Source: Acidobacteriota bacterium
GTDB lineage: Bacteria > Acidobacteriota > Vicinamibacteria > Vicinamibacterales > Fen-181
Assembly: GCA_017883185.1 (NCBI GenBank)
Contig: JADGOB010000004.1
Span: 5,940-69,939 of the forward strand
Reading direction: 5' to 3'
DNA: 64,000 bases
Shown: one piece after another, positions 51,340-60,859 of the stretch
Layout: the number at the start of each line of letters is the position of its first letter
How positions within the stretch are numbered: position 1 is the stretch's first letter
Program-made: the position numbers and the translations under genes
Notes under the pieces: generated by a model
Told to the model about the DNA's origin: nothing
The model's input: the letters and a program-made list of their open reading frames with translations, nothing else
Databases searched by the model: none

Positions 51340-52554
51340 ATGGAATTCCGCTGTAGGCTGTCGACGCCGGGCGGCGAAGTCACCGAGGGAATGTACGTCG
51401 CCGACAGCGAGGCGCGGTTGCGCCACGAACTCGAGCAGAAGGGGTTGTGCGTGCTCGCGCTGCAGCCCCGCCACGCCATCGCGGGATGGGCGCCCCGCCT
51501 GCGTTCGCGGCGGAGTATCCCTGCTCGCGAATTCGTCGTCTTCAACCAGGAACTGGCGACGCTACTGAAAGCCGGCATGCCCCTGGTTCAGTCCATCGAC
51601 ATCCTTCGCATGCGCATGAGCAACCCGCTGTTCAAGTCGGTGCTCGACGACATCCACGAGAAGGTGCGGGCGGGCACGGCGCTGTCGGATGCGTTTGCGT
51701 CCCAGGGGGCGCTGTTCCCGGGAATCTACACGGCGTCGCTGATGGCGGGAGAGAAGAGCGGGAGCCTGGAGAACGTCCTCAGGCGCTACGTGGTCTACGC
51801 GAAGGTGATCGCCGGGGTCCGTCGGCGTACGCTCTCCGCGCTCATCTACCCCGCGGTCCTGCTCGTCCTGTCGCTCGCCGTCGTCAGCATCATTGTCGTG
51901 CGGGTGGTGCCGGCATTCTCCGACTTCTACGGGCAGTTCAACCACGAACTGCCGCTTGTGACACGGGGGATCGTGGCGCTGTCGGCGTTCGTCAGGTCGC
52001 AGCTGTTGCTGTTGGTGCTGGGGATCGCGGCCGCTGGAGTCAGCGTCAACGCCTGGCTGCGGCGGCCGGGGCAGCGCGAGCGGTTCGACCGGTTGATCCT
52101 GCGGCTTCCGGGGATCGGGCCAACCGCCCGGAAGTTTGCCACGTCTCAACTGTCGCGGACCCTCGCAACTCTTCTCGGGGGAGGGATCCCCCTGGTCAAC
52201 GCCATCGATATCGCGAGCCAGTCGATCGGGAATCGGGCCATGGCGGCGGCGATGGTAACGGTTGGCGATCGCGTACGGGAAGGGGAGTCGTTCTCGGCGG
52301 CGATGGCGGACCGTGGGATTTTCCCCGACGTCGCCATCAAGATGGCGGAGGTCGGGGAGGCGACGGGCGCGCTCCAGGAGATGCTGAACAGCCTCGCGGA
52401 TTTCTACGACGAGGAGATCGAGACGGATCTCGGGCGTTTCGTCACCCTCGTGGAACCCGCGCTGCTGGTCATCATGGGCCTCGTCGTCGCGGGCATGCTG
52501 CTCGCGCTGTACATGCCGCTGTTCCAATTGTCGTCGGTCGTCGGGCCATCGTAG
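51340..52554 (+). CDS. pilC: Type IV pilus / T2SS platform protein (PilC/GspF family)
   Basis: 404 aa with two T2SS-F repeats (ELATLLKAGMPLVQSIDIL and LATLLGGGIPLVNAIDIA) and three TM segments. Confidence 0.9.
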   Translation: MEFRCRLSTPGGEVTEGMYVADSEARLRHELEQKGLCVLALQPRHAIAGWAPRLRSRRSIPAREFVVFNQELATLLKAGMPLVQSIDILRMRMSNPLFKSVLDDIHEKVRAGTALSDAFASQGALFPGIYTASLMAGEKSGSLENVLRRYVVYAKVIAGVRRRTLSALIYPAVLLVLSLAVVSIIVVRVVPAFSDFYGQFNHELPLVTRGIVALSAFVRSQLLLLVLGIAAAGVSVNAWLRRPGQRERFDRLILRLPGIGPTARKFATSQLSRTLATLLGGGIPLVNAIDIASQSIGNRAMAAAMVTVGDRVREGESFSAAMADRGIFPDVAIKMAEVGEATGALQEMLNSLADFYDEEIETDLGRFVTLVEPALLVIMGLVVAGMLLALYMPLFQLSSVVGPS

Positions 52555-52573
52555 GCCGCGCCGTCGTCGCTCG

Positions 52574-54289
52574 ATGGACACGGGTTGGAAGGGGAACCGA
52601 GTGGAACCAAGGGTCGCTGGGATCGGGCAGGTGACGACGACCGCGGCGCCGGCGGCTGCCGGCGCGCCGATGCTGTACGCGGAAGGTGTCGAGCAGGCCA
52701 GCGAGGAGCGCGCCGAGGAGACGGCGCAGGCCCGGCGGCTGGCCGAGCGCTATGGGCTGGAGTTCGTGGACCTCGAGTCGTTCCAGATCGACCACGACCT
52801 GTTTCGCTCGATCCCCGCGGACCTGATGCTGCGGTACGGGTTCGTCCCCTACCACCGGGAAGGCCGTTCGCTCGTGATCGTCGTGTCCGACCCGACGGAC
52901 CTGCCGATGATCGACGAACTGGCGCTGCTGCTGGCCGCGCCCCTGAAGGTGACCGTCGGCGCGCGCTCGGCGATTGAATCAATCCTGAAGAAGAGCGAGA
53001 GTTCGCAGCGCGTGCTCGAGGAGGCGACCGAGGGGTTCCAGCTGCAACTGCTCAAGGAAGAGGAGAACGGCGACGAGACCCTGACGGTCGAGAAGCTGAC
53101 GAGCGATATCAGCCCGATCATCCGGCTGGTGGACTCTACGGTGTTCACCGCGATCCAGCGGCGGGCGAGCGACATCCATATCGAGACGCAGGACGACGCG
53201 GTGTACGTGAAGTACCGGATCGATGGGGTGCTGCAGCAGGCGATGCGGCCGATCGCCAAGCAGTTCCACGGCGCGATTATCTCGCGCATCAAGGTCATGG
53301 CGGAGCTCGATATCGCCGAGAAGCGCGTGCCGCAGGACGGCCGCTTCAAGTTGCGCGTGCCCGGCAAGACCATCGACTTCCGCGTGTCGATCATGCCGAG
53401 CGTGCACGGCGAGGACGCCGTCATCCGCATCCTCGACAAGGAGTCGATCAGCGAGCAGTTCTCGGAGCTGCGTCTCGACATCCTCGGCTTCCCGGAGACC
53501 GAGTTGAAGCGGTTCCGGAAGTACATCGCCGAGCCGTACGGGATGGTGCTGGTGACCGGGCCCACGGGTAGCGGCAAGACCACGACGCTGTATGCGGCGC
53601 TCTCGGAGATCAAGTCGCCCGAGGACAAGATCGTCACGATCGAAGACCCGGTCGAGTACCAGCTGCGCGGCATCACGCAGATCCCGATCAACGAGAAGAA
53701 GGGCCTGACGTTCGCGCGCGGCCTGCGATCGATCCTGCGCCACGACCCCGACAAGATCATGGTCGGCGAGATCCGCGACCCCGAGACGGCGCAGATCGCG
53801 ATTCAGTCGGCGCTGACCGGCCACCTCGTGTTCACGACCGTGCACGCCAACAACGTGCTCGACGTGCTCGGGCGCTTCCTGAACATGGGCGTCGAGGCCT
53901 ACCAGTTCGTCTCGGCACTCAACTGCGTGCTCGCGCAGCGGTTGGTGCGGACCATCTGCCAGCACTGCAAACGCCCGTCGAAGGTGACCCGGACCCTGCT
54001 GGAGGAATCGGGGATGGACCCGGCCCTCGAGCAGACGCACACCTTCTACGAAGGGAAGGGCTGCATCGAGTGTGGCGGCACGGGCTACAAGGGGCGGCAG
54101 GCGATCTGCGAGTTGCTCGACCTGTCGGACCGGATCCGCGAGATGATCCTCGCCCGGCGCCCGACTTCCGAAATCAAGAGGGCAGCGCGCGACGAGGGGA
54201 TGCGCTTCCTGAGGGAATGCGCGGTTGACCGCGTGCTGCAAGGCGTCACGACATTGCGGGAAATCAACAAGGTGACGTTCGTCGAATGA
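52574..54289 (+). CDS. pilB: Type IV pilus assembly / T2SS ATPase (PilB/GspE family)
   Basis: N-terminal GSPII_E_N-like region YGLEFVDLESFQID, Walker A GPTGSGKTTTL, Walker B DPDKIMVGEIRD, and tetracysteine CQHCK...CIECGGTG. Confidence 0.9.
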   Translation: MDTGWKGNRVEPRVAGIGQVTTTAAPAAAGAPMLYAEGVEQASEERAEETAQARRLAERYGLEFVDLESFQIDHDLFRSIPADLMLRYGFVPYHREGRSLVIVVSDPTDLPMIDELALLLAAPLKVTVGARSAIESILKKSESSQRVLEEATEGFQLQLLKEEENGDETLTVEKLTSDISPIIRLVDSTVFTAIQRRASDIHIETQDDAVYVKYRIDGVLQQAMRPIAKQFHGAIISRIKVMAELDIAEKRVPQDGRFKLRVPGKTIDFRVSIMPSVHGEDAVIRILDKESISEQFSELRLDILGFPETELKRFRKYIAEPYGMVLVTGPTGSGKTTTLYAALSEIKSPEDKIVTIEDPVEYQLRGITQIPINEKKGLTFARGLRSILRHDPDKIMVGEIRDPETAQIAIQSALTGHLVFTTVHANNVLDVLGRFLNMGVEAYQFVSALNCVLAQRLVRTICQHCKRPSKVTRTLLEESGMDPALEQTHTFYEGKGCIECGGTGYKGRQAICELLDLSDRIREMILARRPTSEIKRAARDEGMRFLRECAVDRVLQGVTTLREINKVTFVE

Positions 54290-55260
54290 CACTCTCTTCA
54301 CTCTTCGCCAGCCCGGCGCCGTCCGTGGCGGTGCAGATTGCCCCACGCCTGGTGTCGGCCATCGCGATCGCGCGCCACGGCGGGACGTCCGTCATCTCGG
54401 CGCACGCGATGGAGGCCCTGCCCGCCGGCGCCGTGGCGCCCGCGCTCAATGGCCAGAACATCGCCGACCGGCGGGTCGTCAGCCAGGCGCTGACCCGCAT
54501 CCTCGGCCTGTTGGGCGGCCGGCCGCGGCGGGTCGCCCTGGTCGTGCCCGACAACATCGCCAAGGTGTCGCTGGTGCGACTCGATTCGGTGCCTCCGCGC
54601 GCACAGGACCTCGACCAGTTGATCCGCTGGCACGTGAGGAAGTCGGCTCCGTTCCCGGTCGAGGAGGCGCAGGTCACCTACTCGCGCGGCGCCGTCAGCC
54701 CCGAGGGCGGGCAGGAGTTCGTGGTCGCACTCGCGCGCCGCCAGGTCGTGGAGGAATACGAGGCGGTGTGCACGGAGGCCGGGGCGCACGCCGGGATCGT
54801 GGGCCTGGCGACGTTCAGCCTCGTCAACGCGGTCCTTGGCGCCGAGGGCTCCCCTGCGGGGGATTGGCTCCTGGTGCACATCACGCCGGACTATGGCAGC
54901 ATCGTGATCCTCCGGGGACAGGATCTGATCTTCTTCCGCAACCGGGCCGAGGGGAGCGAGGAGAGCTTGCCGGACCTCGTTCACCAGACCGCGATGTACT
55001 ACGAGGACCGGCTTGGCGGTACGGGGTTCGCGCGCGTGGTCGTCACGGGAAGCGGCGGCGAAGGCTGGAACCTCGCGCCGACGCCGACCACGTTCGACGC
55101 GATCCGGGGGCAGATCGACACCCGGCTGGGCGTTCGGACGGAGACCGTGGATCCGCAGCGGATCGCGCGGTTCTCGGATCGGATCGCGGCTGACCCGTCG
55201 CTGCTGAATATGGTGGCGCCGCTCGTGGGCGCGCTGGCCGGTGCCGGCGCCGGAGTCTAG
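54286..55260 (+). CDS. pilM: PilM-like actin-fold assembly protein
   Basis: Size, position between the ATPase and PilN, start overlapping the pilB stop, and typical blocks RVALVVPDNIAKV and FFRNRAEG. The call rests on context plus weak motif recognition. Confidence 0.75.
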   Translation: MTLSSLFASPAPSVAVQIAPRLVSAIAIARHGGTSVISAHAMEALPAGAVAPALNGQNIADRRVVSQALTRILGLLGGRPRRVALVVPDNIAKVSLVRLDSVPPRAQDLDQLIRWHVRKSAPFPVEEAQVTYSRGAVSPEGGQEFVVALARRQVVEEYEAVCTEAGAHAGIVGLATFSLVNAVLGAEGSPAGDWLLVHITPDYGSIVILRGQDLIFFRNRAEGSEESLPDLVHQTAMYYEDRLGGTGFARVVVTGSGGEGWNLAPTPTTFDAIRGQIDTRLGVRTETVDPQRIARFSDRIAADPSLLNMVAPLVGALAGAGAGV

Positions 55261-55270
55261 GGAATCGCCG

Positions 55271-55867
55271 ATGCTGCGCATGAACCTCTCAACCCGGCCG
55301 TTCTACAACGAGCGCGCCGCTCAGTTCGTGCTGGGGGCCGTGGCGCTGCTGATCGCCGCGCTGACCGTGTTCAACGTGGTGCAATACCGCTCGCTGTCCG
55401 TCCGGTACACGCAGCTCCTCGGGCATGTCGAGGACGCCGAGCGACGGGCGACCACGCTGCGGGGCGACGCCGAGCGCGCACGCCAGAACGTGGACCGCGC
55501 ACAACTCTTGACGGTCGCGGCCGCCGCTCGCGAGGCCAACGGCCTGATCGACCAGCGCGCGTTTTCCTGGACGGAGCTCTTGAACCGGCTCGAAGCCACG
55601 CTGCCGGCCGACGTGCGGATCCAGTCGATCCGGCCGAGCACCGATCGGGACGGCAACATGACGGTGACGATGCTCGTCCTGGGGCGGCGCGCGGAGGACA
55701 TCGAGCAGTTCGTGGAGCAGCTCGAGACCACTGGCGCATTCCGGCACCTGTACTCCCGCACCGAGACGACGAACCCGGAGGGGCTGCTCGAGGCGACACT
55801 CGAAGGGTGGTACCTGGTCGAAACCGCGGTTCCGGCCCCAAAGCCGAGGCCGGCGCGAGAGGACTGA
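55271..55867 (+). CDS. pilN: PilN-like bitopic assembly protein
   Basis: N-terminus MNLSTRPFYNERA, which is the conserved PilM-binding peptide type. It has a single TM segment, a coiled coil, and a C-terminal ferredoxin-like part. Confidence 0.75.
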   Translation: MLRMNLSTRPFYNERAAQFVLGAVALLIAALTVFNVVQYRSLSVRYTQLLGHVEDAERRATTLRGDAERARQNVDRAQLLTVAAAAREANGLIDQRAFSWTELLNRLEATLPADVRIQSIRPSTDRDGNMTVTMLVLGRRAEDIEQFVEQLETTGAFRHLYSRTETTNPEGLLEATLEGWYLVETAVPAPKPRPARED

Positions 55868-55872
55868 TCAAC

Positions 55873-56442
55873 GTGTTGCGACGCGTGTTGAACGAGCAAC
55901 GGAAGTTCGTCGTGCTGCTGGCTGTCGCCCTCGTCATCAACGTAGGCGTCTACGCGGCGTTCGTCTACCCGCTCGCGGCGCGAGTGGCCGACGCCGACAA
56001 TCGTGCGGCCAGGGCCGACCGCTCGCTGAAAGAGGCCGTGCGCGAGTTCGAGGCGGCGAAAGGCGTGGCGACCAGCAAGGAACGGGCGGAGGCGGAGCTC
56101 GAGACGTTCTACAGCGAGGTCCTGCCGGCGAACATCAGTACCGCTCGCCGCCTGACGTACTTGGGCCTCGCGCAGATGGCCCGCCAGAGCAATCTGCGGA
56201 TCGTGCGTCGGACGGCCGGCGAAGGGCGTGAGCGCGACAGCGCCCTGGATCACCTGCGGATCGCCCTCGTGCTGGAGGGCCAGTACGAAGCCATCCGCGA
56301 CTTCGTCTACAGGTTGGAAACCGCGCCCGAGTTCGTCATCATCGACGACGTCACGATCGACCAGACGCGTGACGCGGCGAACAACCTCGTGCTGACGCTG
56401 CAGCTGTCCACCTACTACCAGGCTTCGGGCAATGCCAGTTAA
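55873..56442 (+). CDS. pilO: PilO/GspM-like bitopic assembly protein
   Basis: GTG start chosen just after the pilN stop. It has one TM segment (FVVLLAVALVINVGVYAAFV), a coiled coil, and then LRIALVLEGQYEAIRDFVYRLETAPEFVIIDDVTI. Confidence 0.65.
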   Translation: MLRRVLNEQRKFVVLLAVALVINVGVYAAFVYPLAARVADADNRAARADRSLKEAVREFEAAKGVATSKERAEAELETFYSEVLPANISTARRLTYLGLAQMARQSNLRIVRRTAGEGRERDSALDHLRIALVLEGQYEAIRDFVYRLETAPEFVIIDDVTIDQTRDAANNLVLTLQLSTYYQASGNAS

Positions 56443-56977
56443 GGTCCCGCCCCGTCAGACGCTGGTGCTCGCGGCGCTCCTCCTCGCGCTGGTGGTGGTG
56501 GTGATCTACCAACTTCGCGGTCCTGGCGTGGCTGCGACCGTCGGTCCTGTCGCGGCGGCGGGACCCGCGGGATCGCGGTCCGCGGCCGCGCGCGATCGGG
56601 CGGAGTCGGCGCCCGAGGTGCGGCTGTCGGCGTTGAAGGCATCCAAGCCGGCGCCGGCGGACAAGGGGCGAAACCTGTTCCGCGATCAGCCGAAGGCGCC
56701 ACCGCCGAGCGTCGTGACACCAACGCCGCCGCCGCCGGATCCGAACGCGCCGCCGCCGCTACCGCCGCCGCCGCCCCTCATCACGCTCAAACTCGTCGGA
56801 ATCGTGCAGGGCGCAGGTCGGCCGGTTGCGGCGCTGACCGATGGTCGGGACGTGTTCTACGGGCGCGAAGGCGACGTTGTCGAAGGGCGTTACAAGATCG
56901 TCAAGATCAACGTCGAGAGTATCGACATTGCCTACCTGGACGGGCGGGGCCAGCGGCGCCTGAGCCTGACCGGGTAG
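56432..56977 (+). CDS. pilP: PilP-like protein
   Basis: N-terminal TM/signal anchor, a Pro-rich linker, and a C-terminal beta domain LKLVGIVQGAGRPVAALTDGRDVFYGREGDVVEGRYKIVKINVESIDI. The start overlaps the pilO stop. Confidence 0.65.
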   Translation: MPVKVPPRQTLVLAALLLALVVVVIYQLRGPGVAATVGPVAAAGPAGSRSAAARDRAESAPEVRLSALKASKPAPADKGRNLFRDQPKAPPPSVVTPTPPPPDPNAPPPLPPPPPLITLKLVGIVQGAGRPVAALTDGRDVFYGREGDVVEGRYKIVKINVESIDIAYLDGRGQRRLSLTG

Positions 56978-57025
56978 CCGCGGGACGGACCGTTCCTGGC
57001 GGGTCGGAAGTGACGCCATTCTCCC

Positions 57026-59572
57026 GTGTCCGATTGGAGGCCTGGTTTGAAAGCGGATCTCTGGAAAGCTGTAGCGCTGGTGCTGGTGATCGCGGCGGTC
57101 GCGGGGTGTGCGGCTGGGCGTGCCCTCAGCAAGGCCGAACGAGCCGTCCGCGCAGGCGACTGGGATGCGGCAGTGAACTACTATAGCCAGGCTGCCCAGG
57201 CCGACCCGAACTCGGCCGAGTACAAGATTGCGCTCGAACGGGCGAAGATGGCCGCGTCCCGCGTGCACCTCGACAAGGGCCGCGAGTTCGAGGAGAAGGG
57301 CGACCTCGAAGCCGCGATCGGCGAGTTCCGGAAGGCGGCGGAGTACAACCAGGCGAACCGCCGCGCGGTGACGAAGGCCGCCGAACTCGAGCAGGTGCTG
57401 CGCGACCGCGCCGAGGCCGCGCGCCCGCGGCCCCAGATAGAGCAGCTCAAGGAGAAGGCCAGGCAGTCCACGCCCGAGCCGATGCTCAACCCCGCGTCCC
57501 GGGCGCCGCTCGTCTTCAAGTTCGCGGCCGGCATCGCCGTCAAGCAGATCCTCGATTTCCTCGCGCAGGCCAGCGGCATCAACGTGATGTTCGACAGCGG
57601 GTTCGTCGAGACGAACACCAAGTCGGCGATCGATCTCGATGGCGTCACGCTCGATCAGGCACTGAGACTGGTGCTGACCTCGAACAACCTGTTCTACAAG
57701 ATCCTCAATTCCAAGACGATCCTGATCATCCCGGATAACCAGCCGAACCGGCTGAAGTACGAGGACCAGGTCATCCAGACGTTTTACCTGTCGGGCGCCG
57801 ATGCGACCGAGATGCAGGCGATGTTGAACGGCATCCTGGGCGGGCAGGGGTTGCAGCAGAGCCGTCCGCAGATGCAGGCCAACAAGTCGGCGAACAGCCT
57901 CACCATTCGCGGCAGCGCGTCGATGGTGGCCATCGCCGAGCGCGTCATTCAGAACAACGACAAGCCGCGGGCGGAAGTGGTGATTGACGTCGAGATCCTG
58001 GAGGTCAACCGCACGCGCGTCAAGTCGTACGGGCTGAACCTGTCGGCCTACCAGATCGGCCTGCAGTTCTCGCCCGAAGTGCCGCCAGGCACGGGTGCAG
58101 CATCGGGCGGCACGGGGGCGGCCGCCGCGACCACCAGCAGCGGCGCGTTCAACCTCAACTCGGTGATGCACGGCATCAACACGTCGGACTTCTATCTGAG
58201 CGTTCCGTCCGCGGTCGTCAAGTTCCTCGAGTCCGATTCGCGCACCAAGCTGATCGCGAAGCCCTCGCTGCGCGGCGCCGAGGGCACGAAGATGATGGCG
58301 AATCTCGGTGACGACATCCCGGTCCCGTCCACGACGTTCCAGCCGCTGATGTCCGGCGGCACGGCCATCAACCCGATGACGTCGTACAGCTACCGCTCGG
58401 TAGGCGTCAACCTGTCGGTCACGCCGCGGGTGACCTACGACGGCGACATCATCGTGGACCTCGAGGTGGAGAGCAGCACGAAGGGCGCCGACGTCAACGT
58501 CGCGGGGCAGAACCTGCCGTCGTTCGGCCTGCGCAGGGTCACGACCCGAATGCGCCTGCGCGACGGCGAATCGAACCTCCTCGCCGGGCTTCTCCGCGAC
58601 GACGAGCGGAAGTCGCTGACCGGCTTCCCGGGCGGCATCCATGTGCCGCTCCTCAAGCAGTTGTTCTCGGCGAACGAGAGCCAGATCTCGCAGACCGACA
58701 TCGTGATGCTGCTGACGCCGCACGTGATCCGCACGCAGGGACTCACCGAGAGAAACCTCCAGCAGATCTACATCGGGACCGCGCAGAACCCGGTGATCGG
58801 TGGCGCCCCCGAGTTGATTGCCTCGACCGGCGAGGCGGCGGCGACACAGACAGAGGCGACTCCGCTGGCAGCGACCCAGCCGGTGGTCGCTCCGCCGGGC
58901 CCGCCGATTAGCACCCAGCCGTACGGCACTCCGGGCGCGGCCCTTGTCGGCGGCGCCCCTGTGGGCCGACCGACGCCGCAGGGAACGCCGGTTGTGCCGC
59001 CGGGCAGTTCACCGATCCCGGGCACAGTCATGATGCCGCCGGCGCAGCCGCCGGCAGAGCCGCCGGCACAGGCCACGCCGCCTCCGACGCCGCCGGCCGC
59101 TCAGGTCGCGCCACCAGCAACGCTTCCGCCGGCAGCAAACCCGCCGGCAGGCACCACGGCGACCGCGCAGGTCACGGTCACGACGCCTGGACCGGATTGG
59201 CGAGTGGGCCAGGGCCCCTACACGCTGACGCTGTCGGCGTTGAACATGTCGCGAGTCTCGACGATCAGCCTGACGCTGACGTACAACCCCACGGCCCTGA
59301 AGCTCCGGTCGCTGCAGGAAGGGAGCTTCATGCGATCAGGCGTGCCGAACACGGCGTTTGCGCACCAGGAAGATCAGGCGGCCGGACGCGTGGATATCAC
59401 GATCAGTCGCAGCGGCGACGTCCTCGGGGTTACGGGCGGCGGCACGCTGGCGGCCATCGTCTTCGAGGCTGTCGCGCCGGGAGCAGTGAACTTCCGCATC
59501 AGCGGGGTGGCGAACGGACCAGCCGGGAACATCCCGCTGCAGTTCACGCCGGCCACGGTCACGGTAAAGTGA
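57026..59572 (+). CDS. pilQ: Secretin (PilQ/GspD family) fused to an N-terminal lipobox+TPR module and a C-terminal Pro-rich linker + cohesin-like domain
   Basis: Lipobox VIAAVAGC; TPR-like AGDWDAAVNYYSQAAQADPNSAEY...KGDLEAAIGEFRKAAEYNQAN; secretin core LLAGLLRDDERKSLTGFPGGIHVPLLKQLF...DIVMLLTPHVI. The linker is rich in P/A/T/Q. The cohesin-like end reads ISLTLTYNPTALKLRSLQEGSFM...GRVDITISR...GTLAAIVFEAVAPGAVNFRISGV. Confidence 0.85.
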   Translation: MSDWRPGLKADLWKAVALVLVIAAVAGCAAGRALSKAERAVRAGDWDAAVNYYSQAAQADPNSAEYKIALERAKMAASRVHLDKGREFEEKGDLEAAIGEFRKAAEYNQANRRAVTKAAELEQVLRDRAEAARPRPQIEQLKEKARQSTPEPMLNPASRAPLVFKFAAGIAVKQILDFLAQASGINVMFDSGFVETNTKSAIDLDGVTLDQALRLVLTSNNLFYKILNSKTILIIPDNQPNRLKYEDQVIQTFYLSGADATEMQAMLNGILGGQGLQQSRPQMQANKSANSLTIRGSASMVAIAERVIQNNDKPRAEVVIDVEILEVNRTRVKSYGLNLSAYQIGLQFSPEVPPGTGAASGGTGAAAATTSSGAFNLNSVMHGINTSDFYLSVPSAVVKFLESDSRTKLIAKPSLRGAEGTKMMANLGDDIPVPSTTFQPLMSGGTAINPMTSYSYRSVGVNLSVTPRVTYDGDIIVDLEVESSTKGADVNVAGQNLPSFGLRRVTTRMRLRDGESNLLAGLLRDDERKSLTGFPGGIHVPLLKQLFSANESQISQTDIVMLLTPHVIRTQGLTERNLQQIYIGTAQNPVIGGAPELIASTGEAAATQTEATPLAATQPVVAPPGPPISTQPYGTPGAALVGGAPVGRPTPQGTPVVPPGSSPIPGTVMMPPAQPPAEPPAQATPPPTPPAAQVAPPATLPPAANPPAGTTATAQVTVTTPGPDWRVGQGPYTLTLSALNMSRVSTISLTLTYNPTALKLRSLQEGSFMRSGVPNTAFAHQEDQAAGRVDITISRSGDVLGVTGGGTLAAIVFEAVAPGAVNFRISGVANGPAGNIPLQFTPATVTVK

Positions 59573-59595
59573 AGTCAGGAGCTGACGAGACCAGG

Positions 59596-60114
59596 ATGAG
59601 GAAACGGCCGGGGGCACCAAGCGAGCGGCGAGGGGGGTGGCGCGCGGACACGCGCCAGTCGGGGTATACCTTCGTCGAACTGGTGGTCGTTGGGACGATG
59701 CTCCTGATCCTCGCCTCGGCAATCCTGCCACTGGCGAAGGTGACCATCCAGCGGCAACGCGAGGTGGAGCTGCATCGGACGCTGCGCGAGTTGCGGGTGG
59801 CCATCGATCGCTACAAGGACGCCGCCGACCAGGGGCTCATCGGATCGACCGACCTCAAGGCCGGGGCGGAGGGGTACCCGCCGGATCTCGAAACGCTCGT
59901 CGAAGGCGTCCGGGTGGCCAACGACGCGTCGGGCCGAAAGCTCAAGTTCCTGCGCCGGATCCCGATCGATCCGATGACGAAGAGCAACGAGTGGGGCATG
60001 AGGTCGTACCAGGACGACACGGAGGCCACCAGTTGGGGCGGCCAGAACGTTTTCGACGTCTTCACGAAGAGCACGGGCACCGGGCTCGACGGGACGAAGT
60101 ACAAGGACTGGTGA
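59596..60114 (+). CDS. GspG-like pseudopilin (prepilin-type N-terminal cleavage/methylation domain)
   Basis: A 23-aa basic leader ends ...RQSG/YTFVELVVVGTMLLILA (Glu +5). Other blocks are YPPDLETLVEG, LRRIPIDPMT, and C-terminus DGTKYKDW. Confidence 0.8.
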   Translation: MRKRPGAPSERRGGWRADTRQSGYTFVELVVVGTMLLILASAILPLAKVTIQRQREVELHRTLRELRVAIDRYKDAADQGLIGSTDLKAGAEGYPPDLETLVEGVRVANDASGRKLKFLRRIPIDPMTKSNEWGMRSYQDDTEATSWGGQNVFDVFTKSTGTGLDGTKYKDW

Positions 60115-60119
60115 TCTCG

Positions 60120-60539
60120 ATGCTGAGAGTCGCCATGGAGCGGCGTCGGCGCCAGGCCGAGACCGGCTTCACCCTCATCGAACTGATGGTTGTCGTCGCG
60201 CTGATCGCGGTGCTGGCCGGCATGGGTGTCGTTCAGTACCGGAACGCCGTGGTCCGCACGAAGGAAGCGGTGCTCCAGGAAGACCTCTTCCGGATGCGCG
60301 ATGCCATCGACCAGTATTACGCGGACAAAGCGAAGTACCCTCTCGACCTCGCGACCCTGGTGTCCGAGGGCTACCTGCGCCAGGTGCCCAAGGACCCGAT
60401 CACGAACTCCTCCGAAACGTGGCAAACGATTCCTTCCGAGCCCGATCCCAGCAATCCCTCGGCCGACGTCGGAATCTTCAACGTGAAGAGCGGTTCTGAC
60501 GGCACCTCGATCGACGGCACCCGCTACGCGGAGTGGTAG
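60120..60539 (+). CDS. GspG-like major pseudopilin
   Basis: Canonical AETG/FTLIELMVVVALIAVLAGMG. Other blocks are YPLDLATLVSEGYLRQVPKDPIT and C-terminus DGTRYAEW. Confidence 0.85.
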   Translation: MLRVAMERRRRQAETGFTLIELMVVVALIAVLAGMGVVQYRNAVVRTKEAVLQEDLFRMRDAIDQYYADKAKYPLDLATLVSEGYLRQVPKDPITNSSETWQTIPSEPDPSNPSADVGIFNVKSGSDGTSIDGTRYAEW

Positions 60540-60551
60540 CGGCATTCGAGG

Positions 60552-60579
60552 TGTAGGGGCGACCGGTTGGCCGCCCCTA
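60552..60579. repeat. REP-like hairpin, copy 1 (GTAGGGGCGACC-ggtt-GGCCGCCCCTAC)
   Basis: Read directly. It is followed by GTGTGTACGAAGTCGTGAATC, which recurs after copy 3. Confidence 0.8.
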
Positions 60580-60663
60580 CGTGTGTACGAAGTCGTGAAT
60601 CAGGGGGCAAAGGGGCCGGGCCAGCGCCTCTCCCGTCCTCGAGTGGGAGCGGCGTGCGATCTG

Positions 60664-60686
60664 CAGGGGCGACCGGTTGTCGCCCC
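60664..60686. repeat. REP-like hairpin, copy 2 (AGGGGCGAC-cggtt-GTCGCCCCT)
   Basis: Read directly. Confidence 0.8.
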
Positions 60687-60732
60687 TCGGTGCGTGCCGG
60701 CTCGATGCGGGGCACGTCCATCGGTTCGGCTT

Positions 60733-60780
60733 GGCGTACACAGGTAGGGGCGACCAGACGGTCGCCCCTACCTGTGTACG
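60733..60780. repeat. REP-like hairpin, copy 3: a perfect 22-bp stem (GCGTACACAGGTAGGGGCGACC-agac-GGTCGCCCCTACCTGTGTACGC)
   Basis: Read directly. The arms are exact reverse complements. It is followed by TGTCGTGAACC. Confidence 0.85.
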
Positions 60781-60859
60781 CTGTCGTGAACCGTGAGCCG
60801 CCTGTGCAGCCGCAAACGAGGGCAGCCAATGCTGGCCCTCGTTCGCAGTTGCCCCAGTC

